The notes below the pieces were generated by a model. The model was not told the origin of the DNA, ran no database searches, and saw nothing but the letters and a program-made list of their open reading frames with translations. From positions 930,001 through 994,000 of the forward strand of contig OZ025784.1 in the NCBI GenBank assembly GCA_964019425.1: a DNA stretch of 64,000 nt, read 5' to 3'. How positions within the stretch are numbered: the stretch's first letter is position 1; every line of letters begins with the position of its first letter. The position numbers and the translations under genes are program-made. This document shows, one piece after another, positions 33,001 through 42,298 of this stretch. The DNA comes from Flectonema sp. DT1601 (lineage: Eukaryota).

Positions 33001-36000
33001 GTTGTGACGGGAAGCACGACTTACGACTGCATGATGACATTGGCAGGGACTGTAATCATCCATTGGAACCGTGAAACGAGCGGAATGGCTGCGGTTGCGG
33101 CGACGACGACGTCGGTCAACGGATGGTTTTCAGTGGCGTTTCCTGATGCTTTGGGTTCGATGATCCCTGCTGTTGGTGTCTCATCGACCAGTGCGACGGC
33201 TGCGAACATCTTCTCGATTACCGCAAGGAATGCGGGTGGAATCACTACAACGACGTCGGCAAACATCAACACCCCGACGACTGAGATCACAGGTGGCCTG
33301 CGTATTCTGAGATTCAACGTCCCTTTTGCATTTTTGACAGCTGCCCAGCCGGTGAACTACGCTCTGCATGCGAGTGAAATGGCATTTCCAGTGAGCGTTC
33401 ATACCGCGCGTGGAAGCGTGGCAGTAGATTTTGTGGTCGGGACGGCTGCTCCTGCGCCGACTCCACCACCAACTCCACCACCAACTCCACCACCTACACC
33501 GCCACCTGCAACCCCTGCTCCATCTTGCACGGCTTCAACTCTAGTTGTGACGGGAAGCACGACTTACGACTGCATGATGACATTGGCAGGGACTGTAATC
33601 ATCCATTGGAACCGTGAAACGAGCGGAATGGCTGCGGTTGCGGCGACGACGACGTCGGTCAACGGATGGTTTTCAGTGGCGTTTCCTGATGCTTTGGGTT
33701 CGATGATCCCTGCTGTTGGTGTCTCATCGACCAGTGCGACGGCTGCGAACATCTTCTCGATTACCGCAAGGAATGCGGGTGGAATCACTACAACGACGTC
33801 GGCAAACATCAACACCCCGACGACTGAGATCACAGGTGGCCTGCGTATTCTGAGATTCAACGTCCCTTTTGCATTTTTGACAGCTGCCCAGCCGGTGAAC
33901 TACGCTCTGCATGCGAGTGAAATGGCATTTCCAGTGAGCGTTCATACCGCGCGTGGAAGCGTGGCAGTAGATTTTGTGGTCGGGACGGCTGCTCCTGCGC
34001 CAACTCCACCACCAACTCCACCACCAACTCCACCACCAACTCCACCACCAACTCCACCACCTACACCGCCACCTGCAACCCCTGCTCCATCTTGCACGGC
34101 TTCAACTCTAGTTGTGACGGGAAGCACGACTTACGACTGCATGATGACATTAGCAGGGACTGTAATCATCCATTGGAACCGTGAAACGAGCGGAATGGCT
34201 GCGGTTGCGGCGACGACGACGTCGGTCAACGGATGGTTTTCAGTGGCGTTTCCTGATGCTTTGGGTTCGATGATCCCTGCTGTTGGTGTCTCATCGACCA
34301 GTGCGACGGCTGCGAACATCTTCTCGATTACTGCAAGGAATGCGGGTGGAATCACTACAACGACGTCGGCAAACATCAACACCCCGACGACTGAGATCAC
34401 AGGTGGCCTGCGTATTCTGAGATTCAACGTCCCTTTTGCATTTTTGACAGCTGCCCAGCCGGTGAACTACGCTCTGCATGCGAGTGAAATGGCATTTCCA
34501 GTGAGCGTTCATACCGCGCGTGGAAGCGTGGCAGTAGATTTTGTGGTCGGGACGGCTGCTCCTGCGCCGACTCCACCACCAACTCCACCACCAACTCCAC
34601 CGCCAACACCACCACCTACACCGCCACCTGCAACCCCTGCTCCATCTTGCACGGCTTCAACTCTAGTTGTGACGGGAAGCACGACTTACGACTGCATGAT
34701 GACATTAGCAGGGACTGTAATCATCCATTGGAACCGTGAAACGAGCGGAATGGCTGCGGTTGCGGCGACGACGACGTCGGTCAACGGATGGTTTTCAGTG
34801 GCGTTTCCTGATGCTTTGGGTTCGATGATCCCTGCTGTTGGTGTCTCATCGACCAGTGCGACGGCTGCGAACATCTTCTCGATTACTGCAAGGAATGCGG
34901 GTGGAATCACTACGACGACGTCGGCAAACATCAACACCCCGACGACTGAGATCACAGGTGGCCTGCGTATTCTGAGATTCAACGTCCCTTTTGCATTTTT
35001 GACAGCTGCCCAGCCGGTGAACTACGCTCTGCATGCGAGTGAAATGGCATTTCCAGTGAGCGTTCATACCGCGCGTGGAAGCGTGGCAGTAGATTTTGTG
35101 GTCGGGACGGCTGCTCCTGCGCCGACTCCACCACCAACTCCACCACCAACTCCACCACCAACTCCACCACCTACACCGCCACCTGCAACCCCTGCTCCAT
35201 CTTGCACGGCTTCAACTCTAGTTGTGACAGGAAGCACGACTTACGACTGCATGATGACATTAGCAGGGACTGTAATCATCCATTGGAACCGTGAAACGAG
35301 CGGAATGGCTGCGGTTGCGGCGACGACGACGTCGGTCAACGGATGGTTTTCAGTGGCGTTTCCTGATGCTTTGGGTTCGATGATCCCTGCTGTTGGTGTC
35401 TCATCGACCAGTGCGACGTCTGCGAACATCTTTTCGATTACTGCAAGGAATGCGGGTGGAATCACTACGACGACGTCGGCAAACATCAACACCCCGACGA
35501 CTGAGATCACGGGTGGCCTGCGTATTCTGAGATTCAACGTCCCTTTTGCATTTTTGACAGCTGCCCAGCCGGTGAACTACGCTCTGCATGCGAGTGAAAT
35601 GGCATTTCCAGTGAGCGTTCATACCGCGCGTGGAAGCGTGGCAGTAGATTTTGTGGTCGGGACGGCTGCTCCTGCGCCGACTCCACCACCAACTCCACCA
35701 CCAACTCCACCGCCAACACCACCACCTACACCGCCACCTGCAACCCCTGCTCCATCTTGCACGGCTTCAACTCTAGTTGTGACGGGAAGCACGACTTACG
35801 ACTGCATGATGACATTAGCAGGGACTGTAATCATCCATTGGAACCGTGAAACGAGCGGAATGGCTGCGGTTGCGGCGACGACGACGTCGGTCAACGGATG
35901 GTTTTCAGTGGCGTTTCCTGATGCTCTGGGTTCGATGATCCCTGCTGTTGGTGTCTCATCGACCAGTGCGACGGCTGCGAACATCTTCTCGATTACTGCA

Positions 36001-39000
36001 AGGAATGCGGGTGGAATCACTACGACGACGTCGGCAAACATCAACACCCCGACGACTGAGATCACAGGTGGCCTGCGTATTCTGAGATTTAACGTCCCTT
36101 TTGCATTTTTGACAGCTGCCCAGCCGGTGAACTACGCTCTGCATGCGAGTGAAATGGCATTTCCAGTGAGCGTTCATACCGCGCGTGGAAGCGTGGCAGT
36201 AGATTTTGTGGTCGGGACGGCTGCTCCTGCGCCGACTCCACCACCAACTCCACCACCAACTCCACCACCTACACCGCCACCTGCAACCCCTGCTCCATCT
36301 TGCACGGCTTCAACTCTAGTTGTGACGGGAAGCACGACTTACGACTGCATGATGACATTGGCAGGGACTGTAATCATCCATTGGAACCGTGAAACGAGCG
36401 GAATGGCTGCGGTTGCGGCGACGACGACGTCGGTCAACGGATGGTTTTCAGTGGCGTTTCCTGATGCTTTGGGTTCGATGATCCCTGCTGTTGGTGTCTC
36501 ATCGACCAGTGCGACGGCTGCGAACATCTTCTCGATTACCGCAAGGAATGCGGGTGGAATCACTACAACGACGTCGGCAAACATCAACACCCCGACGACT
36601 GAGATCACAGGTGGCCTGCGTATTCTGAGATTCAACGTCCCTTTTGCATTTTTGACAGCTGCCCAGCCGGTGAACTACGCTCTGCATGCGAGTGAAATGG
36701 CATTTCCAGTGAGCGTTCATACCGCGCGTGGAAGCGTGGCAGTAGATTTTGTGGTCGGGACGGCTGCTCCTGCGCCAACTCCACCACCAACTCCACCGCC
36801 AACTCCACCACCAACTCCACCACCAACTCCACCACCAACTCCACCACCAACTCCACCACCTACACCGCCACCTGCAACCCCTGCTCCATCTTGCACGGCT
36901 TCAACTCTAGTTGTGACGGGAAGCACGACTTACGACTGCATGATGACATTGGCAGGGACTGTAATCATCCATTGGAACCGTGAAACGAGCGGAATGGCTG
37001 CGGTTGCGGCGACGACGACGTCGGTCAACGGATGGTTTTCAGTGGCGTTTCCTGATGCTTTGGGTTCGATGATCCCTGCTGTTGGTGTCTCATCGACCAG
37101 TGCGACGGCTGCGAACATCTTCTCGATTACTGCAAGGAATGCGGGTGGAATCACTACGACGACGTCGGCAAACATCAACACCCCGACGACTGAGATCACA
37201 GGTGGCCTGCGTATTCTGAGATTCAACGTCCCTTTTGCATTTTTGACAGCTGCCCAGCCGGTGAACTACGCTCTGCATGCGAGTGAAATGGCATTTCCAG
37301 TGAGCGTTCATACCGCGCGTGGAAGCGTGGCAGTAGATTTTGTGGTCGGGACGGCTGCTCCTGCGCCGACTCCACCACCAACTCCACCACCAACTCCACC
37401 ACCAACTCCACCACCAACTCCACCACCTACACCGCCACCTGCAACCCCTGCTCCATCTTGCACGGCTTCAACTCTGGTTGTGACGGGAAGCACGACTTAC
37501 GACTGCATGATGACATTGGCAGGGACTGTAATCATCCATTGGAACCGTGAAACGAGCGGAATGGCTGCGGTTGCGGCGACGACGACGTCGGTCAACGGAT
37601 GGTTTTCAGTGGCGTTTCCTGATGCTTTGGGTTCGATGATCCCTGCTGTTGGTGTCTCATCGACCAGTGCGACGGCTGCGAACGTCTTCTCGATTACCGC
37701 AAGGAATGCGGGTGGAATCACTACAACGACGTCGGCAAACATCAACACCCCGACGACTGAGATCACAGGTGGCCTGCGTATTCTGAGATTCAACGTCCCT
37801 TTTGCATTTTTGACAGCTGCCCAGCCGGTGAACTACGCTCTGCATGCGAGTGAAATGGCATTTCCAGTGAGCGTACATACCGCGCGTGGAAGCGTGGCAG
37901 TAGATTTTGTGGTCGGAACGGCTGCTCCTGCGCCAACTCCACCACCAACTCCACCGCCAACTCCACCACCAACTCCACCACCAACTCCACCACCTACACC
38001 GCCACCTGCAACTCCTGCTCCATCTTGCACGGCTTCAACTCTGGTTGTTACGGGAAGCACGACTTACGACTGCATGATGACATTGGCAGGGACTGTAATC
38101 ATCCATTGGAACCGTGAAACGAGCGGAATGGCTGCGGTTGCGGCGACGACGACGTCGGTCAACGGATGGTTTTCAGTGGCGTTTCCTGATGCTTTGGGTT
38201 CGATGATCCCTGCTGTTGGTGTCTCATCGACCAGTGCGACGGCTGCGAACGTCTTCTCGATTACCGCAAGGAATGTGGGTGGAATCACTACAACGATGTC
38301 GGCAAACATCAACACCCCGACGACTGAGATCACAGGTGGCCTGCGTATTCTGAGATTCAACGTCCCTTTTGCATTTTTGACAGCTGCCCAGCCGGTGAAC
38401 TACGCTCTGCATGCGAGTGAAATGGCATTTCCAGTGAGCGTTCATACCGCGCGTGGAAGCGTGGCAGTAGATTTTGTGGGTGGGACTGCTGCTCCTGCGC
38501 CAACACCACCACCAACTCCACCGCCTACTCCACCGCCAACACCACCACCAACTCCGCCGCCTACTCCACCACCAACACCACCACCGACTCCGCCGCCAAC
38601 TCCGCCGCCTACTCCACCGCCAACACCGCCACCAACTCCACCACCTACGCCGCCTCCTGTTACGAGCCCTCCAGCTGATGACACGATTAATTTTACAGTT
38701 GTAGCGGAATTGAGTGATCTTGTTAACCAGATTGATACGTTGGTAGCTGCTGCTGCTACAGCTGTCGGTGGTACTGCTCGTTGTAGTATGTTGTGTCAAG
38801 GTACTAACTGTGTTAATTGTGATGGCACTGCTGTTAATCAAAGATCTGTTTCTACATTAGCCAGAGAAAATTGGAGAGTTGTTTTTGTCATTCTTAGCGA
38901 TGCAAATGGAGAAACTCCGCAAGCAACTGTTGACAATGCTTTGAAGGATCTCTTGTCAAGTAATGCGGTCATTGCTTACGTTGAGGGAAGTGCTGTTGTT

Positions 39001-40119
39001 GTTGTAGCTGCTGCGAATAATAACAACCGTGCACAGAGATGTTTGCCATCTTCATTCATAAGAGAAGGAACAACAACTTTTGATTGCATGATTGAATTAT
39101 CTGGAACTGTATCTATGCATTGGACTACGGAGTCTAATGGAGCTAATACTCACATTGCCGTAACTGCTTCAGCTGTGTCTGGATGGTTGTCAATCGGTTT
39201 CCCTGAAGTTGCGGCGTCAATGAGTCCCGCGACAGCCATTACGGGAAGTTCATCAGTTGCCAATGTGTATTCGATTACTGGAAGAAGTGCTGCTGGAATA
39301 TCTCAAATCACGTCTGGTAGTTTCAATGGAATTTCAACAGAAGTTGTAAGCAGTCAGCGTATTCTCAGATTCTCAATGCTTAAATCATTCTTGAGGAGCA
39401 GTATGCCTGTAAACTTTGCTTATCACGTTAGTAGTACAGCATTCCCAGATAGTAATGCTCAGCATACAACTAGGGGATCGGGTATTGTGGATCTTCTTAC
39501 TGGAACATCACAGGTTGTCGTCGTTAACAGTGACTTTGACGATGCTCACACTCACGGAAGGATCATGGTGGCAATATGGGCGTACTGGGTTCCTTTGGCA
39601 GTTATTATCAAGGTTCTTGGAGCTTTTGTGTGTAAGGGAGAAGTGTTTGGGTATCCAATACCAGTATTCATTCACATGGTCATGATGATTATTGCAATGT
39701 GTTTAACTACTGTTTTCGCTTCTATTGCCTTGTCAGACTTTGACAACAGAGTGGACTATGGACATAGAGAACTTGGTGTTACTTTGTTAGCGATTGGTTG
39801 GATTCAAATTTTGAGTGGTATCATAAGGCCAAGCAAGGAATCTGGATACAGAAAGTACTGGGGATGGGGACACGTTCTGTTTGGTATTTCAGTTGTGGTA
39901 ATTTCAATCGCTCAAATGGCGACTGGAGTTGAAAATATTAATCGTCTATTCACAAATGACTCGGAGGGGGTTAAGATTGCGATGATCGTTGGAGTGGTCA
40001 CCATGGGTGTTATTTATATTAGCGGAAAGGTTTATGCCGTTGTTATTAAAAATGAAGACGTGATTGCGATTTCAGAAAACAACGGGGGTAAATCCAATGG
40101 TCCTGATCATGAAGCGTGA
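27010..40119 (+). CDS. Poly-DOMON cytochrome b561 protein, paralogue 4 (21 tandem + 1 divergent DOMON)
   Basis: 4369 aa ORF with 21 units and variable (TPPP)n linkers; same C-terminal module as paralogues 2 and 3. Confidence 0.88.
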   Translation: MRLLSLFILLSYYADVTAAPAPTPPPTPPPATPAPSCTASTLVVTGSTTYDCMMTLAGTVIIHWNRETSGMAAVAATTTSVNGWFSVAFPDALGSMIPAVGVSSTSATAANIFSITARNAGGITTTTSANINTPTTEITGGLRILRFNVPFAFLTAAQPVNYALHASEMAFPVSVHTARGSVAVDFVVGTAAPAPTPPPTPPPTPPPATPAPSCTASTLVVTGSTTYDCMMTLAGTVIIHWNRETSGMAAVAATTTSVNGWFSVAFPDALGSMIPAVGVSSTSATVANIFSITARNAGGITTTTSANINTPTTEITGGMRILRFNVPFAFLTAAQPVNYALHASEMAFPVSVHTARGSVAVDFVVGTAAPAPTPPPTPPPTPPPATPAPSCTASTLVVTGSTTYDCMMTLAGTVIIHWNRETSGMAAVAATTTSVNGWFSVAFPDALGSMIPAVGVSSTSATAANIFSITARNAGGITTTTSANINTPTTEITGGLRILRFNVPFAFLTAAQPVNYALHASEMAFPVSVHTARGSVAVDFVVGTAAPAPTPPPTPPPTPPPATPAPSCTASTLVVTGSTTYDCMMTLAGTVIIHWNRETSGMAAVAATTTSVNGWFSVAFPDALGSMIPAVGVSSTSATAANIFSITARNAGGITTTTSANINTPTTEITGGLRILRFNVPFAFLTAAQPVNYALHASEMAFPVSVHTARGSVAVDFVVGTAAPAPTPPPTPPPTPPPATPAPSCTASTLVVTGSTTYDCMMTLAGTVIIHWNRETSGMAAVAATTTSVNGWFSVAFPDALGSMIPAVGVSSTSATAANIFSITARNAGGITTTTSANINTPTTEITGGMRILRFNVPFAFLTAAQPVNYALHASEMAFPVSVHTARGSVAVDFVVGTAAPAPTPPPTPPPTPPPATPAPSCTASTLVVTGSTTYDCMMTLAGTVIIHWNRETSGMAAVAATTTSVNGWFSVAFPDALGSMIPAVGVSSTSATAANIFSITARNAGGITTTTSANINTPTTEITGGLRILRFNVPFAFLTAAQPVNYALHASEMAFPVSVHTARGSVAVDFVVGTAAPAPTPPPTPPPTPPPATPAPSCTASTLVVTGSTTYDCMMTLAGTVIIHWNRETSGMAAVAATTTSVNGWFSVAFPDALGSMIPAVGVSSTSATAANIFSITARNAGGITTTTSANINTPTTEITGGMRILRFNVPFAFLTAAQPVNYALHASEMAFPVSVHTARGSVAVDFVVGTAAPAPTPPPTPPPTPPPATPAPSCTASTLVVTGSTTYDCMMTLAGTVIIHWNRETSGMAAVAATTTSVNGWFSVAFPDALGSMIPAVGVSSTSATAANIFSITARNAGGITTTTSANINTPTTEITGGLRILRFNVPFAFLTAAQPVNYALHASEMAFPVSVHTARGSVAVDFVVGTAAPAPTPPPTPPPTPPPTPPPTPPPATPAPSCTASTLVVTGSTTYDCMMTLAGTVIIHWNRETSGMAAVAATTTSVNGWFSVAFPDALGSMIPAVGVSSTSATAANVFSITARNAGGITTTTSANINTPTTEITGGLRILRFNVPFAFLTAAQPVNYALHASEMAFPVSVHTARGSVAVDFVVGTAAPAPTPPPTPPPTPPPATPAPSCTASTLVVTGSTTYDCMMTLAGTVIIHWNRETSGMAAVAATTTSVNGWFSVAFPDALGSMIPAVGVSSTSATAANIFSITARNAGGITTTTSANINTPTTEITGGLRILRFNVPFAFLTAAQPVNYALHASEMAFPVSVHTARGSVAVDFVVGTAAPAPTPPPTPPPTPPPATPAPSCTASTLVVTGSTTYDCMMTLAGTVIIHWNRETSGMAAVAATTTSVNGWFSVAFPDALGSMIPAVGVSSTSATAANIFSITARNAGGITTTTSANINTPTTEITGGLRILRFNVPFAFLTAAQPVNYALHASEMAFPVSVHTARGSVAVDFVVGTAAPAPTPPPTPPPTPPPATPAPSCTASTLVVTGSTTYDCMMTLAGTVIIHWNRETSGMAAVAATTTSVNGWFSVAFPDALGSMIPAVGVSSTSATAANIFSITARNAGGITTTTSANINTPTTEITGGLRILRFNVPFAFLTAAQPVNYALHASEMAFPVSVHTARGSVAVDFVVGTAAPAPTPPPTPPPTPPPTPPPATPAPSCTASTLVVTGSTTYDCMMTLAGTVIIHWNRETSGMAAVAATTTSVNGWFSVAFPDALGSMIPAVGVSSTSATAANIFSITARNAGGITTTTSANINTPTTEITGGLRILRFNVPFAFLTAAQPVNYALHASEMAFPVSVHTARGSVAVDFVVGTAAPAPTPPPTPPPTPPPTPPPTPPPTPPPATPAPSCTASTLVVTGSTTYDCMMTLAGTVIIHWNRETSGMAAVAATTTSVNGWFSVAFPDALGSMIPAVGVSSTSATAANIFSITARNAGGITTTTSANINTPTTEITGGLRILRFNVPFAFLTAAQPVNYALHASEMAFPVSVHTARGSVAVDFVVGTAAPAPTPPPTPPPTPPPTPPPTPPPATPAPSCTASTLVVTGSTTYDCMMTLAGTVIIHWNRETSGMAAVAATTTSVNGWFSVAFPDALGSMIPAVGVSSTSATAANIFSITARNAGGITTTTSANINTPTTEITGGLRILRFNVPFAFLTAAQPVNYALHASEMAFPVSVHTARGSVAVDFVVGTAAPAPTPPPTPPPTPPPTPPPTPPPATPAPSCTASTLVVTGSTTYDCMMTLAGTVIIHWNRETSGMAAVAATTTSVNGWFSVAFPDALGSMIPAVGVSSTSATSANIFSITARNAGGITTTTSANINTPTTEITGGLRILRFNVPFAFLTAAQPVNYALHASEMAFPVSVHTARGSVAVDFVVGTAAPAPTPPPTPPPTPPPTPPPTPPPATPAPSCTASTLVVTGSTTYDCMMTLAGTVIIHWNRETSGMAAVAATTTSVNGWFSVAFPDALGSMIPAVGVSSTSATAANIFSITARNAGGITTTTSANINTPTTEITGGLRILRFNVPFAFLTAAQPVNYALHASEMAFPVSVHTARGSVAVDFVVGTAAPAPTPPPTPPPTPPPTPPPATPAPSCTASTLVVTGSTTYDCMMTLAGTVIIHWNRETSGMAAVAATTTSVNGWFSVAFPDALGSMIPAVGVSSTSATAANIFSITARNAGGITTTTSANINTPTTEITGGLRILRFNVPFAFLTAAQPVNYALHASEMAFPVSVHTARGSVAVDFVVGTAAPAPTPPPTPPPTPPPTPPPTPPPTPPPTPPPTPPPATPAPSCTASTLVVTGSTTYDCMMTLAGTVIIHWNRETSGMAAVAATTTSVNGWFSVAFPDALGSMIPAVGVSSTSATAANIFSITARNAGGITTTTSANINTPTTEITGGLRILRFNVPFAFLTAAQPVNYALHASEMAFPVSVHTARGSVAVDFVVGTAAPAPTPPPTPPPTPPPTPPPTPPPTPPPATPAPSCTASTLVVTGSTTYDCMMTLAGTVIIHWNRETSGMAAVAATTTSVNGWFSVAFPDALGSMIPAVGVSSTSATAANVFSITARNAGGITTTTSANINTPTTEITGGLRILRFNVPFAFLTAAQPVNYALHASEMAFPVSVHTARGSVAVDFVVGTAAPAPTPPPTPPPTPPPTPPPTPPPTPPPATPAPSCTASTLVVTGSTTYDCMMTLAGTVIIHWNRETSGMAAVAATTTSVNGWFSVAFPDALGSMIPAVGVSSTSATAANVFSITARNVGGITTTMSANINTPTTEITGGLRILRFNVPFAFLTAAQPVNYALHASEMAFPVSVHTARGSVAVDFVGGTAAPAPTPPPTPPPTPPPTPPPTPPPTPPPTPPPTPPPTPPPTPPPTPPPTPPPTPPPVTSPPADDTINFTVVAELSDLVNQIDTLVAAAATAVGGTARCSMLCQGTNCVNCDGTAVNQRSVSTLARENWRVVFVILSDANGETPQATVDNALKDLLSSNAVIAYVEGSAVVVVAAANNNNRAQRCLPSSFIREGTTTFDCMIELSGTVSMHWTTESNGANTHIAVTASAVSGWLSIGFPEVAASMSPATAITGSSSVANVYSITGRSAAGISQITSGSFNGISTEVVSSQRILRFSMLKSFLRSSMPVNFAYHVSSTAFPDSNAQHTTRGSGIVDLLTGTSQVVVVNSDFDDAHTHGRIMVAIWAYWVPLAVIIKVLGAFVCKGEVFGYPIPVFIHMVMMIIAMCLTTVFASIALSDFDNRVDYGHRELGVTLLAIGWIQILSGIIRPSKESGYRKYWGWGHVLFGISVVVISIAQMATGVENINRLFTNDSEGVKIAMIVGVVTMGVIYISGKVYAVVIKNEDVIAISENNGGKSNGPDHEA
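27061..38490 (+). repeat. Coding tandem array, 21 units of 531-591 bp
   Basis: Unit spacings from shadow ORFs: 531 x7, 555, 531 x3, 543, 567, 555 x3, 543, 591, 567, 567. Confidence 0.95.
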
Positions 40120-40879
40120 ATTTCTTTTTGAGGTTTTAATTTTTTTTTTAGTTTTATTTTTATTTACTCGCGTTAAATGATTAGTTGTAGTATCTCATCA
40201 TCAATAAGAAAAAAATACATTTTTTTTCGTTGAACGACACTTTTACATCATCATTTTTGTATTTTTCTTTTATTTAAAAAAATGGAAGAACGAGCCACTT
40301 ATAAATCTCGGGGGGTGTGGTATTTATTATTTCCCCTTAACCGAAAGAGAAGGTAAGCTTCACGAAGTAATTTCAATTCTTTGTACCGACAGTCTGTCTA
40401 GATTGTACAAGACTTGTATCTCATGAGGCTTGATTTCTGACCCCTCGGTATCAGATTTACCTGAGGAAGTTACAGTGTTGTTGTTTGAAAGAATTAAATT
40501 TTGTTTTTCGTGACGTTGCATGTTTCTAGATGCGGCTTTACAATCACAATTTCTTTTGTTCTTTTTTTTTTTTTTTTAGACTGTCGATTTCTTTTTAAAA
40601 GTTTGTTTCTGTTTTCTACATTACATTACAACCTGCAAGGAAAAATTATTATTATTTTTATTTCTTTCCCCGATGTTTCAATGAGGGAGTCTGTACCGTA
40701 TCGTGTCAGATTGTTTTCATCACATGTGATGTTGGTCTTTTGATTAGTTAAGCGTTTAAATTAATGTTGTTCTTTTGAAGCCGCTTCCCTGATTCTTTTT
40801 ATCATTATTCGGGGATGATTTAAGATGTGTTCCCCTCCAAAATGTAAACTTTATAATCGTGATGTCTAGTTGCCCGAAT

Positions 40880-40910
<31 letters not shown>

Positions 40911-41275
40911 TCCTCGTTAGTATTAACGAAAAAAGAAGAAAAAAAAAAATAATTTGAAATCGTTGAAACAATAAACAATTAAAAAAAAAAAAAAAAAATC
41001 GGGCAATTTTAGATAGTCCAGCTCCTCCTACTTAGTTCATCTGCATCCTTAAGCAGATAGTTATTTTTATCGTTTAGGTTAATGAGATACAAATACAGTT
41101 AAATTTTACAAACATAAATATTCAAAACCCCTCCCTCGTACTATAAATCATTTCGTATTGTATCAAATTTCCCCCCTAGGACCAGCGATGTGATTGAATT
41201 TGCAGTGTTAGCGATGTATGGGCTCCCTTGTTTTTTTTTTTTTATTATTGGATAATAAAAAAGAATTATAAAACT

Positions 41276-41434
41276 ATCATTAATTAGTACTCAAACTTGA
41301 TAACGGATTGAGTGGAACGCCAACACCTGTTGGTTCTAATCACTCGTTTATGCTCCCCGTGTGTTGAGTTTGTGTATGTTTTGTGATTACAATGGTTTTT
41401 ATGTTTTGACGAGTGCTTCACTTGTCAAATAGAA
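41276..41434 (+). promoter_or_regulatory. Structured element A, copy downstream of gene 4
   Basis: Near-identical to 25892-26050. Confidence 0.5.
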
Positions 41435-41806
41435 AAACTACAATCTTCCTCTCTCTCTCTTTGTCTCTTGTTTCTTATAAAATAAGACATAAACTTGGAT
41501 GACATTGTTGTGTTTGGTGTTGGAGTTGGAAAATCTTTTTTACGATTGCCGCTGAGAATCTCACAGGCTGCATCGGGAAATAGAAGCTGTTTCTATTTCT
41601 CGTAAAAGATATTTTCCCCAGATTTTTTCCCCCCCCTTCTTCCCCCCACCCCTCCTTGCAGGATATTTACATTCTCTTACGGTACTTTGGTATCACATTT
41701 TTTACATTTTTTTTTTTTTCAATTTTTCGCAAAAAAAAAAAAAAAAAAAAAAGAATAGCATTGAAATAATAATTTTCATCGCATTCTTTACTCTTCAGTG
41801 CACTTT

Positions 41807-41905
41807 TAAACATTGTTAATAAAAAAAACAACAAGAAGGGATCTTGCTCGCGATTGTTATGGTCGCGGACAGTTGGTTCCTTCGTAGTTGTTAGTCCCGT
41901 GTTTA
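41807..41905 (+). promoter_or_regulatory. Stem-loop element B, diverged copy between gene 4 and the myosin
   Basis: Stems retained (taaacat/gtgttta, aacaac/gttgtt, gaaggga/ttccttc, cgcgat/gtcgcg) while flanks differ from the other copies. Confidence 0.5.
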
Positions 41906-42298
41906 TATTACATTGAATTCATTTTTATTCCTCTCTCACTTAGTTATTCCCTCTCTTCCTCTCTTCCTCTCTTCTCTTTTTTTTATTTTTATTTTTTTTT
42001 GCTTACAGAATTTTTTTTGACACTTTTTTTCTAATGAAAACCATTTCAACATATCCTGTTCTCATTATGAGACGTGATCGACTTGAATTTTCGTTTGTTA
42101 TTTTTTTTTATTTCAAAATAATATCCGTCATAAGCATCCTGATGAGGATGTTTATTTTTTTGATATTTCTTTTGGTAATGAAAAAAGGGGTGTCGTATAA
42201 ATGGATTTGACTATAAATATATTTTTTTTTTTGTGTTTTCTTTTCCACACATTATGTCATTATAATTTTTTTCAAGATGCTCCCAATATAAATGGAAG

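Larger units (their letters stand above)
26262..41645 (+). repeat. Segmental tandem duplication unit, copy 2 (gene 4 plus flanks)
   Basis: Identity to copy 1 starts at aagcatgcgattc and ends in the C-rich tract at ~41645. Confidence 0.92.

Noticed and set aside
5771..38490. Regular repeats as a CRISPR array or non-coding satellite
   Set aside because: There are no unique spacers, and the units are in-frame protein domains within single ORFs.
5836..38841. Dozens of repeated minus-strand ORFs (98-108 aa, 70-73 aa, Gly/Val-rich)
   Set aside because: They are antisense shadows of the coding repeats, recur with the same period and have no independent motifs.
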